Counted from the stretch's first letter, positions 37,782 to 48,602 are shown. The stretch: 64,000 nt of DNA from Candidatus Krumholzibacteriota bacterium (GCA_963764625.1 CAVXTH010000005.1:453532-517531), one strand, 5' to 3'. Translations and numbers: made by a program. The notes: generated by a model not told the origin, from the letters alone.

Positions 37782-39251
37782 ATGCTCGATTGGGTGAAGG
37801 AACTCTACCCCATCCTCATTCTTCTGGTGGTCGTTGCCATCGTACTGGCGCGCCTACCCAAGATCGACCTCGGGCACTCGGCCAAGTTCATGGCGCGCCG
37901 TCGTTGGAACTGGTTACCCCTGGGGTTGACCTACGCCTTCCTCTACATGGGCCGCTACAACCTGAAGGTGAGCAAGTTCGCGTTCGAGAACCTCCAGGGA
38001 AGCCACGGCCATTCGATGATGGGGAACGAGGCGTTCGGAGTGATCTTCGGGGTAGGCACCGTGATCTACGGATTCTCCTTCCTGGTGAACGGACCGCTGA
38101 CCGATCGCTTCGGCGGGCGCTTCTCCATTCTCATGGGATCAGCCGGTGCGGCAGCGGCGAATCTGGTGATGGGACTGATGTCGCTCTCGCTGGTGCATCT
38201 CGGCCCAGGACACGCCTTCCTCGCGCAGAACTTCGTGGTGCTGTTCTCTATCCTGTACGGCATCAACATGTACTTCCAGAGCTTCGGCGCGGTGGCCATC
38301 GTCAAGGTGAACTCCTCGTGGTTCCACGTGCGTGAACGTGGAGTCTTCGGAGCGATCTTCGGCATTCTCATTTCTCTGGGCATCTACTTCGCCTTCGACT
38401 GGGGACTGTTCGTACTGGAAAAGCTCGGGCTGGCCTGGGTGTTCTTCGTGCCTGCATTGATCTTAGGCATCTTCTGGATCATCGACTTCACGATCGTGCG
38501 CGATCACCCGAGTCAGGCGGGCTTCGCCGACATCAGCCTAGGTGACGCCACCGACGGGCAGGAGGGTCCATCGCTTGGCCCGGTGAAAGTCTTCAACAAG
38601 ATGCTACACAATCCCATCATCATGACCATTGCTGCCATCGAGTTCTGCAGTGGGTGGCTGCGGCAGTCGATCATGCAATGGTTCCGTACTTTCGCGAAAC
38701 AGACCGATCTCGCGCTGGGTTTGAAGTCGAGCTTCGTCTACGACAACTGGGGACTGCTGCTCTGCGTGGCGGGGATCATGGGCGGCGTGGTGGCGGGCGT
38801 GATCAGCGATCACGTGTTCCAATCGCGGCGCGGGCCTGTGGCCGCACTTCTTTACGGTGTGATGCTGGTGTGTGGGGTGATCATGGTATTCAGCTACACC
38901 CAACCCTGGGTGGGTTGGCTGGTCCTCCTCATGTCGATGGCGGTGATCGGCGTACATGGCATGCTCTCGGGCACTGCGAGCATGGACTTCGGCGGCAGCA
39001 AGAATGCAGGTATCGCAGTGGGCTTGATCGACGGTTTCGTATACCTCGGAACCGCAGCGATGAGCTTCACCTACGCGGCGATTTTGCCGCATGAAACTCT
39101 CGACGATCTGGGTAGGCTCGCCGGTGCGGCGACGAATCCGGCCAACTGGAAGCCCTGGCCGATTTCCATGGTGCCCCTGGCGTTGATCGGACTCTTCTTG
39201 GCGTGGCGGATTCGGCATGCGATCCCGCATGGGAAGAAACACGCGGCTTGA
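37782..39251 (+). CDS. MFS transporter (GlpT/UhpC-like)
   Basis: YMGRYN, GPLTDRFG, WFHVRERG, SDHVFQSRRGP and AVGLIDG motifs, about 12-13 TM helices. Confidence 0.85.
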   Translation: MLDWVKELYPILILLVVVAIVLARLPKIDLGHSAKFMARRRWNWLPLGLTYAFLYMGRYNLKVSKFAFENLQGSHGHSMMGNEAFGVIFGVGTVIYGFSFLVNGPLTDRFGGRFSILMGSAGAAAANLVMGLMSLSLVHLGPGHAFLAQNFVVLFSILYGINMYFQSFGAVAIVKVNSSWFHVRERGVFGAIFGILISLGIYFAFDWGLFVLEKLGLAWVFFVPALILGIFWIIDFTIVRDHPSQAGFADISLGDATDGQEGPSLGPVKVFNKMLHNPIIMTIAAIEFCSGWLRQSIMQWFRTFAKQTDLALGLKSSFVYDNWGLLLCVAGIMGGVVAGVISDHVFQSRRGPVAALLYGVMLVCGVIMVFSYTQPWVGWLVLLMSMAVIGVHGMLSGTASMDFGGSKNAGIAVGLIDGFVYLGTAAMSFTYAAILPHETLDDLGRLAGAATNPANWKPWPISMVPLALIGLFLAWRIRHAIPHGKKHAA

Positions 39252-39375
39252 GCGCTCAGGAGAGATGCGTCGAGATCAATGCCTGTGGATCCCCTCTGTG
39301 GTATCATCGGCAGTGCTCGATTGCGAGCGTACTGCCGAAGTGCGACGGGTTCCCCAGTGCCCACGGAGAATCACC

Positions 39376-39816
39376 ATGTCTGATACTCTCCCTTCCATGA
39401 CGCCAACCATCATCCCCGGCTTCCGCTACCGGGACGCGCCCGCCGCCATCGAGTGGTTATGCAGAGTTTTTGGATTCGAAAAGAACTTGGTGGTCCCTGG
39501 CGAAAATGGGGCCATCGACCACGCCCAGCTCACGCTCGGGAATGGCATGATCATGTTGGGCTCCGCCCGCGACGACGAGTACGGGAAGCACTTCGCGTCA
39601 CCGAACCAGATTGACGGAGCTGTGACCCAGAGCATCTACGTCATCGTTCCCGCCATCGACGAACACTTCCAACGAGCGAGGGCGCGCGGTGCGGAAATTC
39701 TGAGCGAACTCGCGGAGCAGCATTACGGGGGAAAACTGTACACCTGCCGCGATCTGGAGGGATATCTCTGGAACTTCGGTTCCTACGACCCCTGGGCGGC
39801 GACTTCGGACGCCTGA
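39376..39816 (+). CDS. VOC/glyoxalase family protein
   Basis: YRDAPAAIEWL..VFGF, HAQL and DLEGYLWNFG. Confidence 0.88.
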   Translation: MSDTLPSMTPTIIPGFRYRDAPAAIEWLCRVFGFEKNLVVPGENGAIDHAQLTLGNGMIMLGSARDDEYGKHFASPNQIDGAVTQSIYVIVPAIDEHFQRARARGAEILSELAEQHYGGKLYTCRDLEGYLWNFGSYDPWAATSDA

Positions 39817-39870
39817 CGCTACCCTTTCCCTGATCACTTTTTTGAACAGTGAGCGCTCCAGGAGGCTGCG

Positions 39871-40209
39871 ATGGATCGCAAGAAAGCGCTACGAGAGTAC
39901 AAAGAAGCGGCGCGTCCGGCTGGGGTCTACCGCGTCCAGCACACCGCAAGCAGACGGACGCTACTGGGCTCGAGTCCCGACGCACCGGCGATGCTCAACC
40001 GCATTCGATTTCAACTTCAGTCGAGGGGACACCCCAATCGTCAGCTCCAAGCCGATTGGAACGCCGATGGCGCCGAGGGGTTCCTCTTCGAAGTGGTGGA
40101 CCTCCTCCCCCCTCCAAAGTCCGAGGAAAAGGACCCGGCCGAGGAATTGGCCCTGCTCGAGGAGCTGTGGCGAGATAAACTGAACGTCCAAGCTGGGCCG
40201 CGCTACTAG
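39871..40209 (+). CDS. Small GIY-YIG-like nuclease family protein
   Basis: YK....AGVYRV, NRIRFQL, HPNRQLQADW and F.FEV motifs. Confidence 0.7.
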   Translation: MDRKKALREYKEAARPAGVYRVQHTASRRTLLGSSPDAPAMLNRIRFQLQSRGHPNRQLQADWNADGAEGFLFEVVDLLPPPKSEEKDPAEELALLEELWRDKLNVQAGPRY

Positions 40210-40302
40210 TATCTACGAGCCCGACCGCGGTTGTTCTGCTTGATCGCACGTGGTGCCGTGGAATGATCTCACCTAATTGCACATTCACCGTATCATCCGG
40301 CT

Positions 40303-40620
40303 ATGGAAAGAAACTGTAACCGATTGCTGCTGGCACTCTGTTCGATCCTTGCCTCAGGTGGATAGAAATTCGCCGAAGATCTCTCTGATCTACAGTCCAG
40401 CACCCGCATCAAGGCTCGCCACGACGAAAGCGAAGCTGATCAGTTTCATGATCATGCGGGCGGTCTCAGCGGTCACCGTTCAACAAGAACACTTCGATCG
40501 TGGCCTTCGATTCGATTCCCTACCTGGAGCAATTTGACATTCCGATATTCTGGATTTTTGGCGGTCCCTCGATCGAAAAGTTGGGCCCCATCAAGTCGAA
40601 GTTTCGTCAACGAGGCGAAG
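40303..40620 (+). pseudogene. Degraded alpha/beta-hydrolase remnant
   Basis: Out-of-frame fragments FMIMRAVSAVTVQQE and FDSIPYLEQFDIPIFWIFGG resemble the C-terminal half of hydrolases such as 47301..48602. Confidence 0.4.
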
Positions 40621-40650
40621 TACGAGAGAGATTTTTACTGTCGATTGGTT

Positions 40651-41667
40651 TCAATCTTGGATGTCTTCGGCCAGGCGAATCTTGTTACCGTCAGGATCTT
40701 CCAGATCCGCGAGTCGCACCACACCAGGGACCTCAATCGTTGGACCCGTGAAGTGGACACCTCGTTTCTCGAGGTGCCGACGGGTCAAATCGAGATCGCG
40801 GACGCCCAAATTCAGCGAAACTGTTCCGCTCCCATTCACCGTATCTTGACGGCCAAGGCCAATAGTTACACCCGGTATGCCCATCTTGATCCGCGCCCAT
40901 TGCAGCTCTTCTGAGCGACTCTCGAGTTGTAAGCCCAAGATCTCTGTATAGAACCGGATTGCCCGGTCCAAATCAGCCACGGCGACTTGGATGAGCAAGC
41001 TCGGCTCGTATGCAGTGTGCTCCACGACCTGGTGTTTTGAAGGTCCTTGCGTTTCCTGGGTCGTATCGTGACCTGGCATTTCTCGCAGTCTCTGCCGCCA
41101 ATTCACCGGTCCCGATTTGAAGCGCTCTTGCAGCTGCGCTAGCGTCCACGCGTTCCCGGTGCGGAAGAAATCGTAAATCTCGTCGAACGCCTCTCCCCTT
41201 GCGTATCCGATGCCCGCGGCGCGGATGCGTGTCCGACCCTCATCTACCGCTGCAAAAGTGAACACACTGAAGAGATGTTCCAACAGCTCCGGGTGCTCGA
41301 AACCAGGGGGGGCATGTACCGCCTGGAGCGAAATCATCTCCATGGGCTGATAGCTGAGAATGCGGGTCTTGATGTTGTCGGGATTACCCTTCTGTGCTTT
41401 TGGATCGTAGCTGGTTTCCCAGGTCCCACCCAGACGAAAATCGACCCACGCTGAGGGCACGGCCCATTCCTTCAAACCTCCGGCTGTGGTGAACGTCCGC
41501 CAGACCTCTTTGAGCGGCGCGTCAACGATCAACTCGTGTCTCAACACCCGGGAACTGTCGGGCAGCACGTAGGACGTTTCGATCACCGAGGGTTTCTCGG
41601 CCCTTGCGGCGGCCGCTAGCATCATGACTACCAAGCCCACCATGGCGATCCTTGAAAGCTCTCTCAT
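40651..41667 (-). CDS. Exported SRPBCC (Aha1-like) plus VOC fusion protein
   Basis: Signal peptide; VDAPLKEVWRTFTT..GLKEW; C-terminal VADLDRAIRFY...DPDGNKI. Confidence 0.8.
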   Translation of the reverse strand: MRELSRIAMVGLVVMMLAAAARAEKPSVIETSYVLPDSSRVLRHELIVDAPLKEVWRTFTTAGGLKEWAVPSAWVDFRLGGTWETSYDPKAQKGNPDNIKTRILSYQPMEMISLQAVHAPPGFEHPELLEHLFSVFTFAAVDEGRTRIRAAGIGYARGEAFDEIYDFFRTGNAWTLAQLQERFKSGPVNWRQRLREMPGHDTTQETQGPSKHQVVEHTAYEPSLLIQVAVADLDRAIRFYTEILGLQLESRSEELQWARIKMGIPGVTIGLGRQDTVNGSGTVSLNLGVRDLDLTRRHLEKRGVHFTGPTIEVPGVVRLADLEDPDGNKIRLAEDIQD

Positions 41668-42308
41668 TGCGAGTCCTCCGTCTCAGGTTCGGAAGTTTCG
41701 GATTCCTGTCTGTGTTTAGCGAGCAGAGATTCCATGTGGTTTTTCAGTTCCGCCACCGCATTGTCGAAGTGAGTAAGATCCCGATAGGTACGGGAGAGCA
41801 TCACCCCACCTTCCATCGTGACGAGCACGAACGAGGCAAGACGGCGCACGTCCGTGCCAGCCGGAAGGCGGTCGCTGGCGCTTTGAAGACAACTTTCCAC
41901 CGCTTCCATCCAAGCACTGAAGTTGCCCGCCAAACGCGCGCGCACGGAGGGGTCGGGTTCGTGGAGTTCCAAGGCGAGGTTTCCGATGGGACATCCGTAA
42001 ACGCAGTCCGAGGACTCGAGGAGAGCGCGGTAGCGACCCAGGAGGGCGAATACCCGCTCGATCGGGTCCTCAATGCCCTTCCAGGCGGGCTCCAGAAGCA
42101 TCGGCCCGATCCCAGCCCGATAGGTGTCGAGCACCGCCTCCAGCAAATCCTGCTTACCGGGGAAGAAATGGTAGAGGCTCCCACTACCGGCGCCCGCGGT
42201 TTGGAGGATCTCCGCGACACTTGTGGAGGCGTAGCCCTTGAGGGCAAAGAGCTCCATGGCGGCGTGGATGAGCTTCTCTCGGGTCTGCGGCAAAGGACTG
42301 CTTCCCAT
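41664..42308 (-). CDS. TetR-family regulator
   Basis: TREKLIHAAMELF..KGY..TSV...GSLYHFFPGKQDL and GCPIGNLALE. Confidence 0.92.
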   Translation of the reverse strand: MGSSPLPQTREKLIHAAMELFALKGYASTSVAEILQTAGAGSGSLYHFFPGKQDLLEAVLDTYRAGIGPMLLEPAWKGIEDPIERVFALLGRYRALLESSDCVYGCPIGNLALELHEPDPSVRARLAGNFSAWMEAVESCLQSASDRLPAGTDVRRLASFVLVTMEGGVMLSRTYRDLTHFDNAVAELKNHMESLLAKHRQESETSEPETEDSQ

Positions 42309-42313
42309 TCTGA

Positions 42314-42359
42314 GTTGAATGATCAACACAGAATAAATCGGGGACTCGGGTTTTGTCAA
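42314..42359 (-). promoter_or_regulatory. Sigma70-type promoter and probable TetR operator
   Basis: Minus-strand TTGACA-N18-TATTCT (42359-42330), followed by the palindrome GTTGA-N4-TCAAC (42314-42327). Confidence 0.55.
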
Positions 42360-42499
42360 GCGTCCAGGTACTCCGGATCCGGACCTTGCCATGGACTATG
42401 GTCCCAACAATGGATGTACTGTCTGATCGCAGGTGGAGCCGTAGTTTGATCTCTCCGATCTTCAGCCCGGCACTCGTATCCGGGCGACATACGTCGAGC

Positions 42500-42938
42500 A
42501 TTATCACGGCAAGACTCGCACCCGAAAGATTAGCGGCAAAATTGCAGAGCTTACGGACTGCACTCTCAGTCTGTTTGGGCGTCCCACCGACGAGGTGGAG
42601 TTCCTTCCGCGTGAGAACATCACCCGATTGGAACGAAGCATCCAGCCCAGCCGCCGCAATAAGGCGATGAAAACAGGGTTCCTCATGGGACTAGGTCTCG
42701 GAACCCTCATCGTGCTTCCCGCTATAGTCCACAAGAGACAGCCCGGGCTCGATCTGAGCGGACTCTCTACTATACTTTGGGGGGATTGTCTTCCTGGCGT
42801 GCACGACCGTGGGGGTGCTGGTGGGTTTGGTGCTTCCCGGTGAGAAGTGGCAGGATGTGGACCTGAGCAAGGTCACCCTCAGATTCGAATCCGACTCGGG
42901 TCACGAAGGCCGCGTTCTGCTCGGATTCCGCTTCTGAA
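42500..42938 (+). pseudogene. Frameshifted hypothetical membrane or exported protein remnant
   Basis: Fragments in different frames: EFLPRENITRLERS..GFLMGLGLG and VLVGLVLPGEKWQDV...GRVLLGFRF*. Confidence 0.4.
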
Positions 42939-42970
42939 TGTCAGGAAATCGACTCCGGAGGTAAAGCGCT

Positions 42971-43696
42971 ATGCACGAGTTGACCGCCCCTCGATGGCCC
43001 CAACTCTACGCGCGCCTCTGTGGCGCGTTCTATCTCTACATCATCGTGGCGGGCATCTTTGCCGAGCTCTTCGTCCGCGCGAAGCTCGTTGTTCCGGCAG
43101 ACGCCGAAGCGACCGCAAGTAACATTTTGGCTCACGAATCGCTGTTTCGCATCGGCTTCTCGGGTGAGATCCTGCATCTCTCCTTCGACGTCATGGTCGC
43201 GGTGATCTTGTACGCGCTCCTACGCCCTGTGGATCGCAGTGTCGCTCTCTTGGCCGCGTTCATGCGCTTCGCCTGCGATCTCATTTTGGCCGTGGCGAGC
43301 ATGAGTCACTTCGCCGCGTTGCAGCTCTTGCATGGCGGGAGTTCTCTGAGTTCCTTCTCGCCGGAACAGTTGCACTCCCTCACGCTCTGGGTGATGAATC
43401 TCCACGGGGACGCCTATGCCATCAGCCTGGTGTTCTTCGGCTTCGCGTGTCTCGCCCTGAGCCACTTGCTCTTCCACTCGGGCTTTCTTCCCAAGGCCCT
43501 CGGTATCCTCCTGGGTCTTGCGGGATTCTGCTACCTGTTCACGAGCTTTGCCCAATTCCTGGATCCGGCGTTTGCCAAGTCGCTCTTTCCTGTCTTCTTC
43601 ATCCCCTGCTTCGTGGGAGAACTCGGATTCGCGCTGTGGATGCTCGTGAAGGGCATCGACGTCGCCAGATGGAATGAACGAGCAATTCAGAGCTGA
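42971..43696 (+). CDS. DUF4386-family membrane protein
   Basis: ARLCGAFYL, DAEATASNI..HESLFR, LVFFG, SGFLPKALG and GELGFALWMLVKG. Confidence 0.82.
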   Translation: MHELTAPRWPQLYARLCGAFYLYIIVAGIFAELFVRAKLVVPADAEATASNILAHESLFRIGFSGEILHLSFDVMVAVILYALLRPVDRSVALLAAFMRFACDLILAVASMSHFAALQLLHGGSSLSSFSPEQLHSLTLWVMNLHGDAYAISLVFFGFACLALSHLLFHSGFLPKALGILLGLAGFCYLFTSFAQFLDPAFAKSLFPVFFIPCFVGELGFALWMLVKGIDVARWNERAIQS

Positions 43697-43757
43697 TCTG
43701 GTGCATACTTTTCAACGTGGGCGAAGCAAGTAGTACACAGAGTTCGGAGGAACCAAC

Positions 43758-44342
43758 ATGACCAGATTTCGATGGACACTCTTGACCCTTCTGATCGTCG
43801 TGGGCGGATGGACGCTCTCCGCCGCAGCTCAAGGCCGTCCTGATCCAGCCAAGCTCATCGCAGCCCAGCGCGAGGCACTGAGCAAATTTGCCGCCCTTGA
43901 TGGCGTTTGGAGAGGCCCGGCTTCGATCAGTATGGGACCCGGGGGAAAGCACGAGATCACTCAGACGGAGCGCGTCGGAACATTTTTGGACGGTTCCGTA
44001 AGAGTCATCGAGGGCCGGGGCTACGAGGGCGATGGTACCGTCAGTTTCAATGCACTGGGCATCATCTCCTACGATCCGCAATCAAAAACCTATACCATGC
44101 ACTCCTATGCTCAGGGACATGTCGGCGACTTCGTACTCACACCCACGGACGCTGGCTTTAGCTGGGAGATCCCTGCGGGACCGATGAAGATGCAGTACAC
44201 GGCCACGTTCAAGGATGGAACTTGGGAGGAAACGGGAGACCGCATCATGCCCGGCAAAGACCCGGTTCGCTTCTTCGAGATGAAGCTCGTGCGGGTGGGC
44301 GACACGGACTGGCCGGCCGCGGGTGCGATCAGCCCGAAGTGA
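43758..44342 (+). CDS. Exported beta-barrel hypothetical protein (DUF1579-like)
   Basis: Signal peptide; DGVWRG, QTERVG, IEGRG and FFEMKL motifs. Confidence 0.7.
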   Translation: MTRFRWTLLTLLIVVGGWTLSAAAQGRPDPAKLIAAQREALSKFAALDGVWRGPASISMGPGGKHEITQTERVGTFLDGSVRVIEGRGYEGDGTVSFNALGIISYDPQSKTYTMHSYAQGHVGDFVLTPTDAGFSWEIPAGPMKMQYTATFKDGTWEETGDRIMPGKDPVRFFEMKLVRVGDTDWPAAGAISPK

Positions 44343-44434
44343 GGTCGCTCAATTCCAGTCCAAGTCCTGGGTGCCCTTGTTTGGCGCGAAGATGCTGAGC
44401 ACGCGGGATAGGAGTGGACCGGAGGAGTTGGTCA

Positions 44435-44647
44435 ATGAATAGAGGTGGGTTCTCCTGGAAGAGAGCCGTTGGTATCACCAGAGCGAAGAACAAGATTTCG
44501 CGCGCCACGGGAATTCCCCTGACCAAATCGGGGCGACAGCGCAAGATCGGCAAGATGGTGACCGGGGGCAGCGGATGCGTGCTCGTGCTCGGCGTGGGCG
44601 TATTTCTCCTGACCCTGGGAGTCGTGATGGCACACTTCGTGGGATAA
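44435..44647 (+). CDS. Small basic hypothetical protein with a C-terminal TM helix
   Basis: GGAGGAG RBS; FSWKRAVGIT.AK.KISRATGIPLTKSGRQRKIG followed by a hydrophobic tail. Confidence 0.7.
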   Translation: MNRGGFSWKRAVGITRAKNKISRATGIPLTKSGRQRKIGKMVTGGSGCVLVLGVGVFLLTLGVVMAHFVG

Positions 44648-44807
44648 GGCGGCGCACCCTCATCACTTCAGTCCCGTCCGTCCTGCGTAGATAGAGGATG
44701 TGGGGACGGGTGGCTGCCTACGGCCAGATTGTTCATATTCTCGTGCGTGACGCTCCTGCTCTCGCGGGGGCCGCGCCGCCGAACATTACTCGGAAAGGAA
44801 CCTCAGC

Positions 44808-45707
44808 ATGACTCGAGCAAGCAAGGCTTGGAGAGCCGCCATCTTACTCGTGGCCGTTTTCTGGTCGATCGCCGTTTTTGCCAAAGACACCGATCAGAGG
44901 ATCGTCGTTCAGGACGTGGGCTTTTCCACCCCCGAGTCGGTCGAGTATTACCCCGCCGAAGACGTGTACTTGGTTACCAACATCAACGGCGACCCCTCCG
45001 CGATCGATGGCAATGGGTTCATCTCGAAGCTCAAGCCCGACGGCAGTGTCGTCGCGCTCAAGTGGATCGACGGTACCATGAAGGGTACGACTTTGAACGC
45101 TCCCAAGGGCGCGGCCGTGGTGGGTTCGTATCTCTTCATCGCCGACTGCAACCAGGTTCAGGTCTTCGATCTCCCCAGCGGCAGGCAGAAGAGCTCGATC
45201 AGCATCGAGGGAGCCACCTTTTTGAACGGCGCGACGCCCGGTCCCGAGGGATCGGCATACCTAACGGACAGCGGCTTCAACGCGGGCTTCAAGCCATCCG
45301 ACTCCGATGCCGTCTACCAGGTCTGGCCTGATGGCCACTACGAGACCATCCTCAAGAACAAGGAAATGGGTCACCCCAACGGCATCTGGGACCACAAGGG
45401 CCAGCTCATCGTGAACACTTTGGGCTCGGGTAAGATGTTCGCCGTGTCCCCGAACGGAACGCAGACCGAACTACCCGCTCCGCCCAAGGGATCTCTGGAC
45501 GGTCTCGTCGAGCTGAACGATGGCAGCTTTCTGGTGACGAGCTGGGATGCCGCCGCGATCTACCAGCTGGACAAAGAAGGCAACTACACGGTCTTGGCGG
45601 ATTCGCTCAAGTCGCCCGCGGACATCGGCATCGACACCAAGCGCAATCGCGTGCTGGTTCCCCTGTTCCTGGAAAATAAAGTCGTCATTCTTCCGTTGAA
45701 GGGATGA
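44808..45707 (+). CDS. Exported SMP-30/gluconolactonase-like beta-propeller protein
   Basis: Signal peptide; TPESV, DGNGFISKL, LNAPKG, HPNG, LDG and PADIG motifs. Confidence 0.8.
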   Translation: MTRASKAWRAAILLVAVFWSIAVFAKDTDQRIVVQDVGFSTPESVEYYPAEDVYLVTNINGDPSAIDGNGFISKLKPDGSVVALKWIDGTMKGTTLNAPKGAAVVGSYLFIADCNQVQVFDLPSGRQKSSISIEGATFLNGATPGPEGSAYLTDSGFNAGFKPSDSDAVYQVWPDGHYETILKNKEMGHPNGIWDHKGQLIVNTLGSGKMFAVSPNGTQTELPAPPKGSLDGLVELNDGSFLVTSWDAAAIYQLDKEGNYTVLADSLKSPADIGIDTKRNRVLVPLFLENKVVILPLKG

Positions 45708-45714
45708 GGAGGGC

Positions 45715-46287
45715 ATGAGCCAACGGACGGGTTCGGAATCGCCAGAAAGGCCTTCCGTAGTTGCCGTCAGCAAGAGCGAGGCACATACCTTTTCCAAGAA
45801 AAACTGCGAGTGCATCACTCTCCTCGCCGGCCAGGGCGTGGAGGGTGATGCCCACGCTGGCGCGACCGTCAAGCATCGCTCGATGGTCAAGGCGAACGCA
45901 GAACAGCCCAATCTTCGCCAGGTCCATCTGATCCACACCGAATTGTTGGATGAGTTGAAAGAGCAGGGTTTCAAGGTCTATCCCGGGGCAATCGGGGAAA
46001 ACATCACCACTAGCGGAATCGATGTCCTGTCTCTGCCGCGGAATACCCTGCTACGCATTGGTCCCTCGGCGGTCGTTCAAGTCACGGGGCTTCGCAGTCC
46101 GTGCAAGCAACTCGACAACTTCCAGGATGGTCTGAAGCAGGCGGTTCTGGATCGGGGAGAGTCGGGGGAACTGATCCGTAAGTCGGGAATCATGGGGATC
46201 GTGATCGAGGGCGGCACGGTTCGACCCGGCGATGAGATCGTGGTAACTCTGCCCGATGGGCTACATGAGAAGCTGGACTGTGTCTGA
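45715..46287 (+). CDS. MOSC domain protein
   Basis: GVEGDAH, RQVHL, GENITT, RSPC and GTVRPGD. Confidence 0.88.
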   Translation: MSQRTGSESPERPSVVAVSKSEAHTFSKKNCECITLLAGQGVEGDAHAGATVKHRSMVKANAEQPNLRQVHLIHTELLDELKEQGFKVYPGAIGENITTSGIDVLSLPRNTLLRIGPSAVVQVTGLRSPCKQLDNFQDGLKQAVLDRGESGELIRKSGIMGIVIEGGTVRPGDEIVVTLPDGLHEKLDCV

Positions 46288-46328
46288 GTGACTTACCGAG
46301 AAACCACCCTACTCACAGAAGGATCGAC

Positions 46329-47120
46329 ATGAAGGTCACCGACAACACCATCCTCATCACCGGAGGAGGCTCGGGAATTGGCCGCGGTCTCGCCGAAGCC
46401 TTCCACGAGTTGGGAAACCAGGTCATCATTTCCGGCCGACGCACGAACGCGCTCGAGGAAACTTGCGCCGCCAACCCGGGAATGAAGTGGATCACGGTAG
46501 ACATGCGCGATGCCGCGAACACCAAGGCATTCGCGATCCGAGTAATCAAAGACCATCCGTCTTTGAACGTACTCGTCAACAACGCCGGAATCATGCGGTT
46601 GGAGGATCTCTTGAGACCTCCCGCGGCACTGACCGACGCGGAAGAGATCGTTACCACCAATCTGCTCGGTCCGATTCGTCTCACCGCCGCGCTGATGCCG
46701 CACCTGAGGAAGCAAGCTCGCGCCACCGTGATGACCGTTTCCTCGGGGCTCGCGTTCGTGCCGCTGGCTTATACCCCCACTTACTGCGCCACCAAGGCCG
46801 CGATCCACTCGTACACCCAGTCATTGCGCTATCAGCTTCGGGACACTCCGGTGGAGGTTTTGGAGCTCATTCCACCCTATGTGGCCACTTCACTGCTGAC
46901 CGAAGACGGTCCGCGCGACCCCCGCGCCATGCCGCTGGATGAGTTCATCGCCGAAGTGATGGAGATCCTGAAGACCCAACCCGACGCAACGGAACTCTGT
47001 GTTGAAAGAGTTAAGCCTCTGCGCTTCGCCGCGGAGCAGGGCCGGGAAGAGTTCGAACGATTCTTCACGGGATTCAACGCATCATTGGTGGAGAGGGATC
47101 CGAGGCAGAGCAGGGGCTGA
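46329..47120 (+). CDS. Short-chain dehydrogenase (DltE-like)
   Basis: TGGGSGIG, NNAG, SSGLAF and YCATK. Confidence 0.92.
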   Translation: MKVTDNTILITGGGSGIGRGLAEAFHELGNQVIISGRRTNALEETCAANPGMKWITVDMRDAANTKAFAIRVIKDHPSLNVLVNNAGIMRLEDLLRPPAALTDAEEIVTTNLLGPIRLTAALMPHLRKQARATVMTVSSGLAFVPLAYTPTYCATKAAIHSYTQSLRYQLRDTPVEVLELIPPYVATSLLTEDGPRDPRAMPLDEFIAEVMEILKTQPDATELCVERVKPLRFAAEQGREEFERFFTGFNASLVERDPRQSRG

Positions 47121-47300
47121 GTACCGTCCGATTACGGCGCCGCAAATTAGCCTGGAACAATTTCCCCAGAACTCCGTAGAGTCTCTGGCGCTCCCCGCGG
47201 TAGAACTCATCTTCGTTCGTCCCGCAGACGAGATGGTCCTCTATTTCAACAACAGAGCCAGATTCCGCCGTATCCACCCTCAAGCAACGAGGTAAAGATC

Positions 47301-48602
47301 ATGATTCCATCTCGGCTTCGAACCCTTATTCCGACTCTCGTGATGCTCTCCATACTGGTCGCGTCGACTGCACGCGGAAATGAGCGGGAGAACTATGAAC
47401 TGACCCATTGGGATGACTATGTCGGCAGCTACGAACTCCAGCCTGGCCACTACCTCTCCATCGGCCTGAACTGGGGAGGTGGTCTCACCTACCTCGACTC
47501 ACAAAACGGCCGCTTCGGCCGACTCAGACAAACCTCCAAAGATCATTATGCCGATGATGAGCGAATGAAGATCGTCTTCCTGCGTGACCACCGCGGTCAC
47601 ATTACCGGAATGAAGTGCAGCGCGAATAATGGAGCCGAAGTGCAGGCGAATGCTCTAGCCCTCTCGTACGTACCCTTGAGCATCCCCAGTGGTGCCGCCA
47701 CTCTCGCCGGCACGCTGATTCTTCCGCCAAAACCGGGTCCCCATCCTGCGATCGTTCTCAACGGAGGCGCCAGTTGGATCGTGCGCGAACAGGTCTTGGA
47801 AGAGGCCCTGCTCTACGCTGCGCAGGGCTTCGCAGCTTTCGTCTACGACAAACAGGGCTGGGGTGAATCAATTGGCGAGAAAACGGTACCCTTCGCAACC
47901 TCGGCCCGGGACATCCTCGCCATCGTCGACTACCTGCGCTATAGCCGAATGGACCTCAACCCCAAACGAATCGGAATCTCGACCTACAGCCAGAGCGGTT
48001 GGTACGGAACTCTGGCCGCGTCCATGTCCACATCGATCGGCTTCCTCGTCCTCAATGTTCCATCAGCAACCTTCGTGTATCGGCAGGAATTTCAACGCGT
48101 CGAAAGCGAATTGCGAGCGGACGATTTTACCCCCGAGCACATTCGTGACGCCCTTTCGTTCATGGGTCTCATGTCGCGCTTTTCTCGCACTGGTGAGGGA
48201 TGGAATCAATATGCGACGACGCGGGAGAGCGCTTCACAGCAGCCGTGGTTCCACTACCTCTTCGCGCCGAAGACTCCCGATCCCAGCAACTGGCGCTGGG
48301 GTCGAATGAACTGGGAATACAATCCCCTTCCCGCCCTGATGAAGATCTCGGCTCCGACCCTCGTTTTGTTGGGAGAGGAGGACAAGAAGGTGCTTCCCGA
48401 GGTCAACCGTTCCGTTTTCGAAATGGCGTTCGACGCGGCGGGCAACCACGACGCTGTAATCGAGATCGTTCCGAATATGAACCACGATCTGGTCGTTTCG
48501 TATCACGGCGGTCGTAAGGAAGCCACCCCAAACCAGATTGTGCCCGAGCTTCTCGCACTACGGCTGCAGTGGTTGAAGGCTCACGCAGTGCCTCGCGACT
48601 GA
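47301..48602 (+). CDS. Exported alpha/beta hydrolase
   Basis: Signal peptide, GTLILP..PGPHPAIV, YDKQGWGES, nucleophile elbow variant TYSQSG, LGEED and NMNH. Confidence 0.8.
   Translation: MIPSRLRTLIPTLVMLSILVASTARGNERENYELTHWDDYVGSYELQPGHYLSIGLNWGGGLTYLDSQNGRFGRLRQTSKDHYADDERMKIVFLRDHRGHITGMKCSANNGAEVQANALALSYVPLSIPSGAATLAGTLILPPKPGPHPAIVLNGGASWIVREQVLEEALLYAAQGFAAFVYDKQGWGESIGEKTVPFATSARDILAIVDYLRYSRMDLNPKRIGISTYSQSGWYGTLAASMSTSIGFLVLNVPSATFVYRQEFQRVESELRADDFTPEHIRDALSFMGLMSRFSRTGEGWNQYATTRESASQQPWFHYLFAPKTPDPSNWRWGRMNWEYNPLPALMKISAPTLVLLGEEDKKVLPEVNRSVFEMAFDAAGNHDAVIEIVPNMNHDLVVSYHGGRKEATPNQIVPELLALRLQWLKAHAVPRD

Noticed and set aside
39871-40209. Homing endonuclease or mobile element
   Set aside because: It is a short stand-alone GIY-YIG-like domain, with no intron context, terminal repeats or DNA-binding extension.
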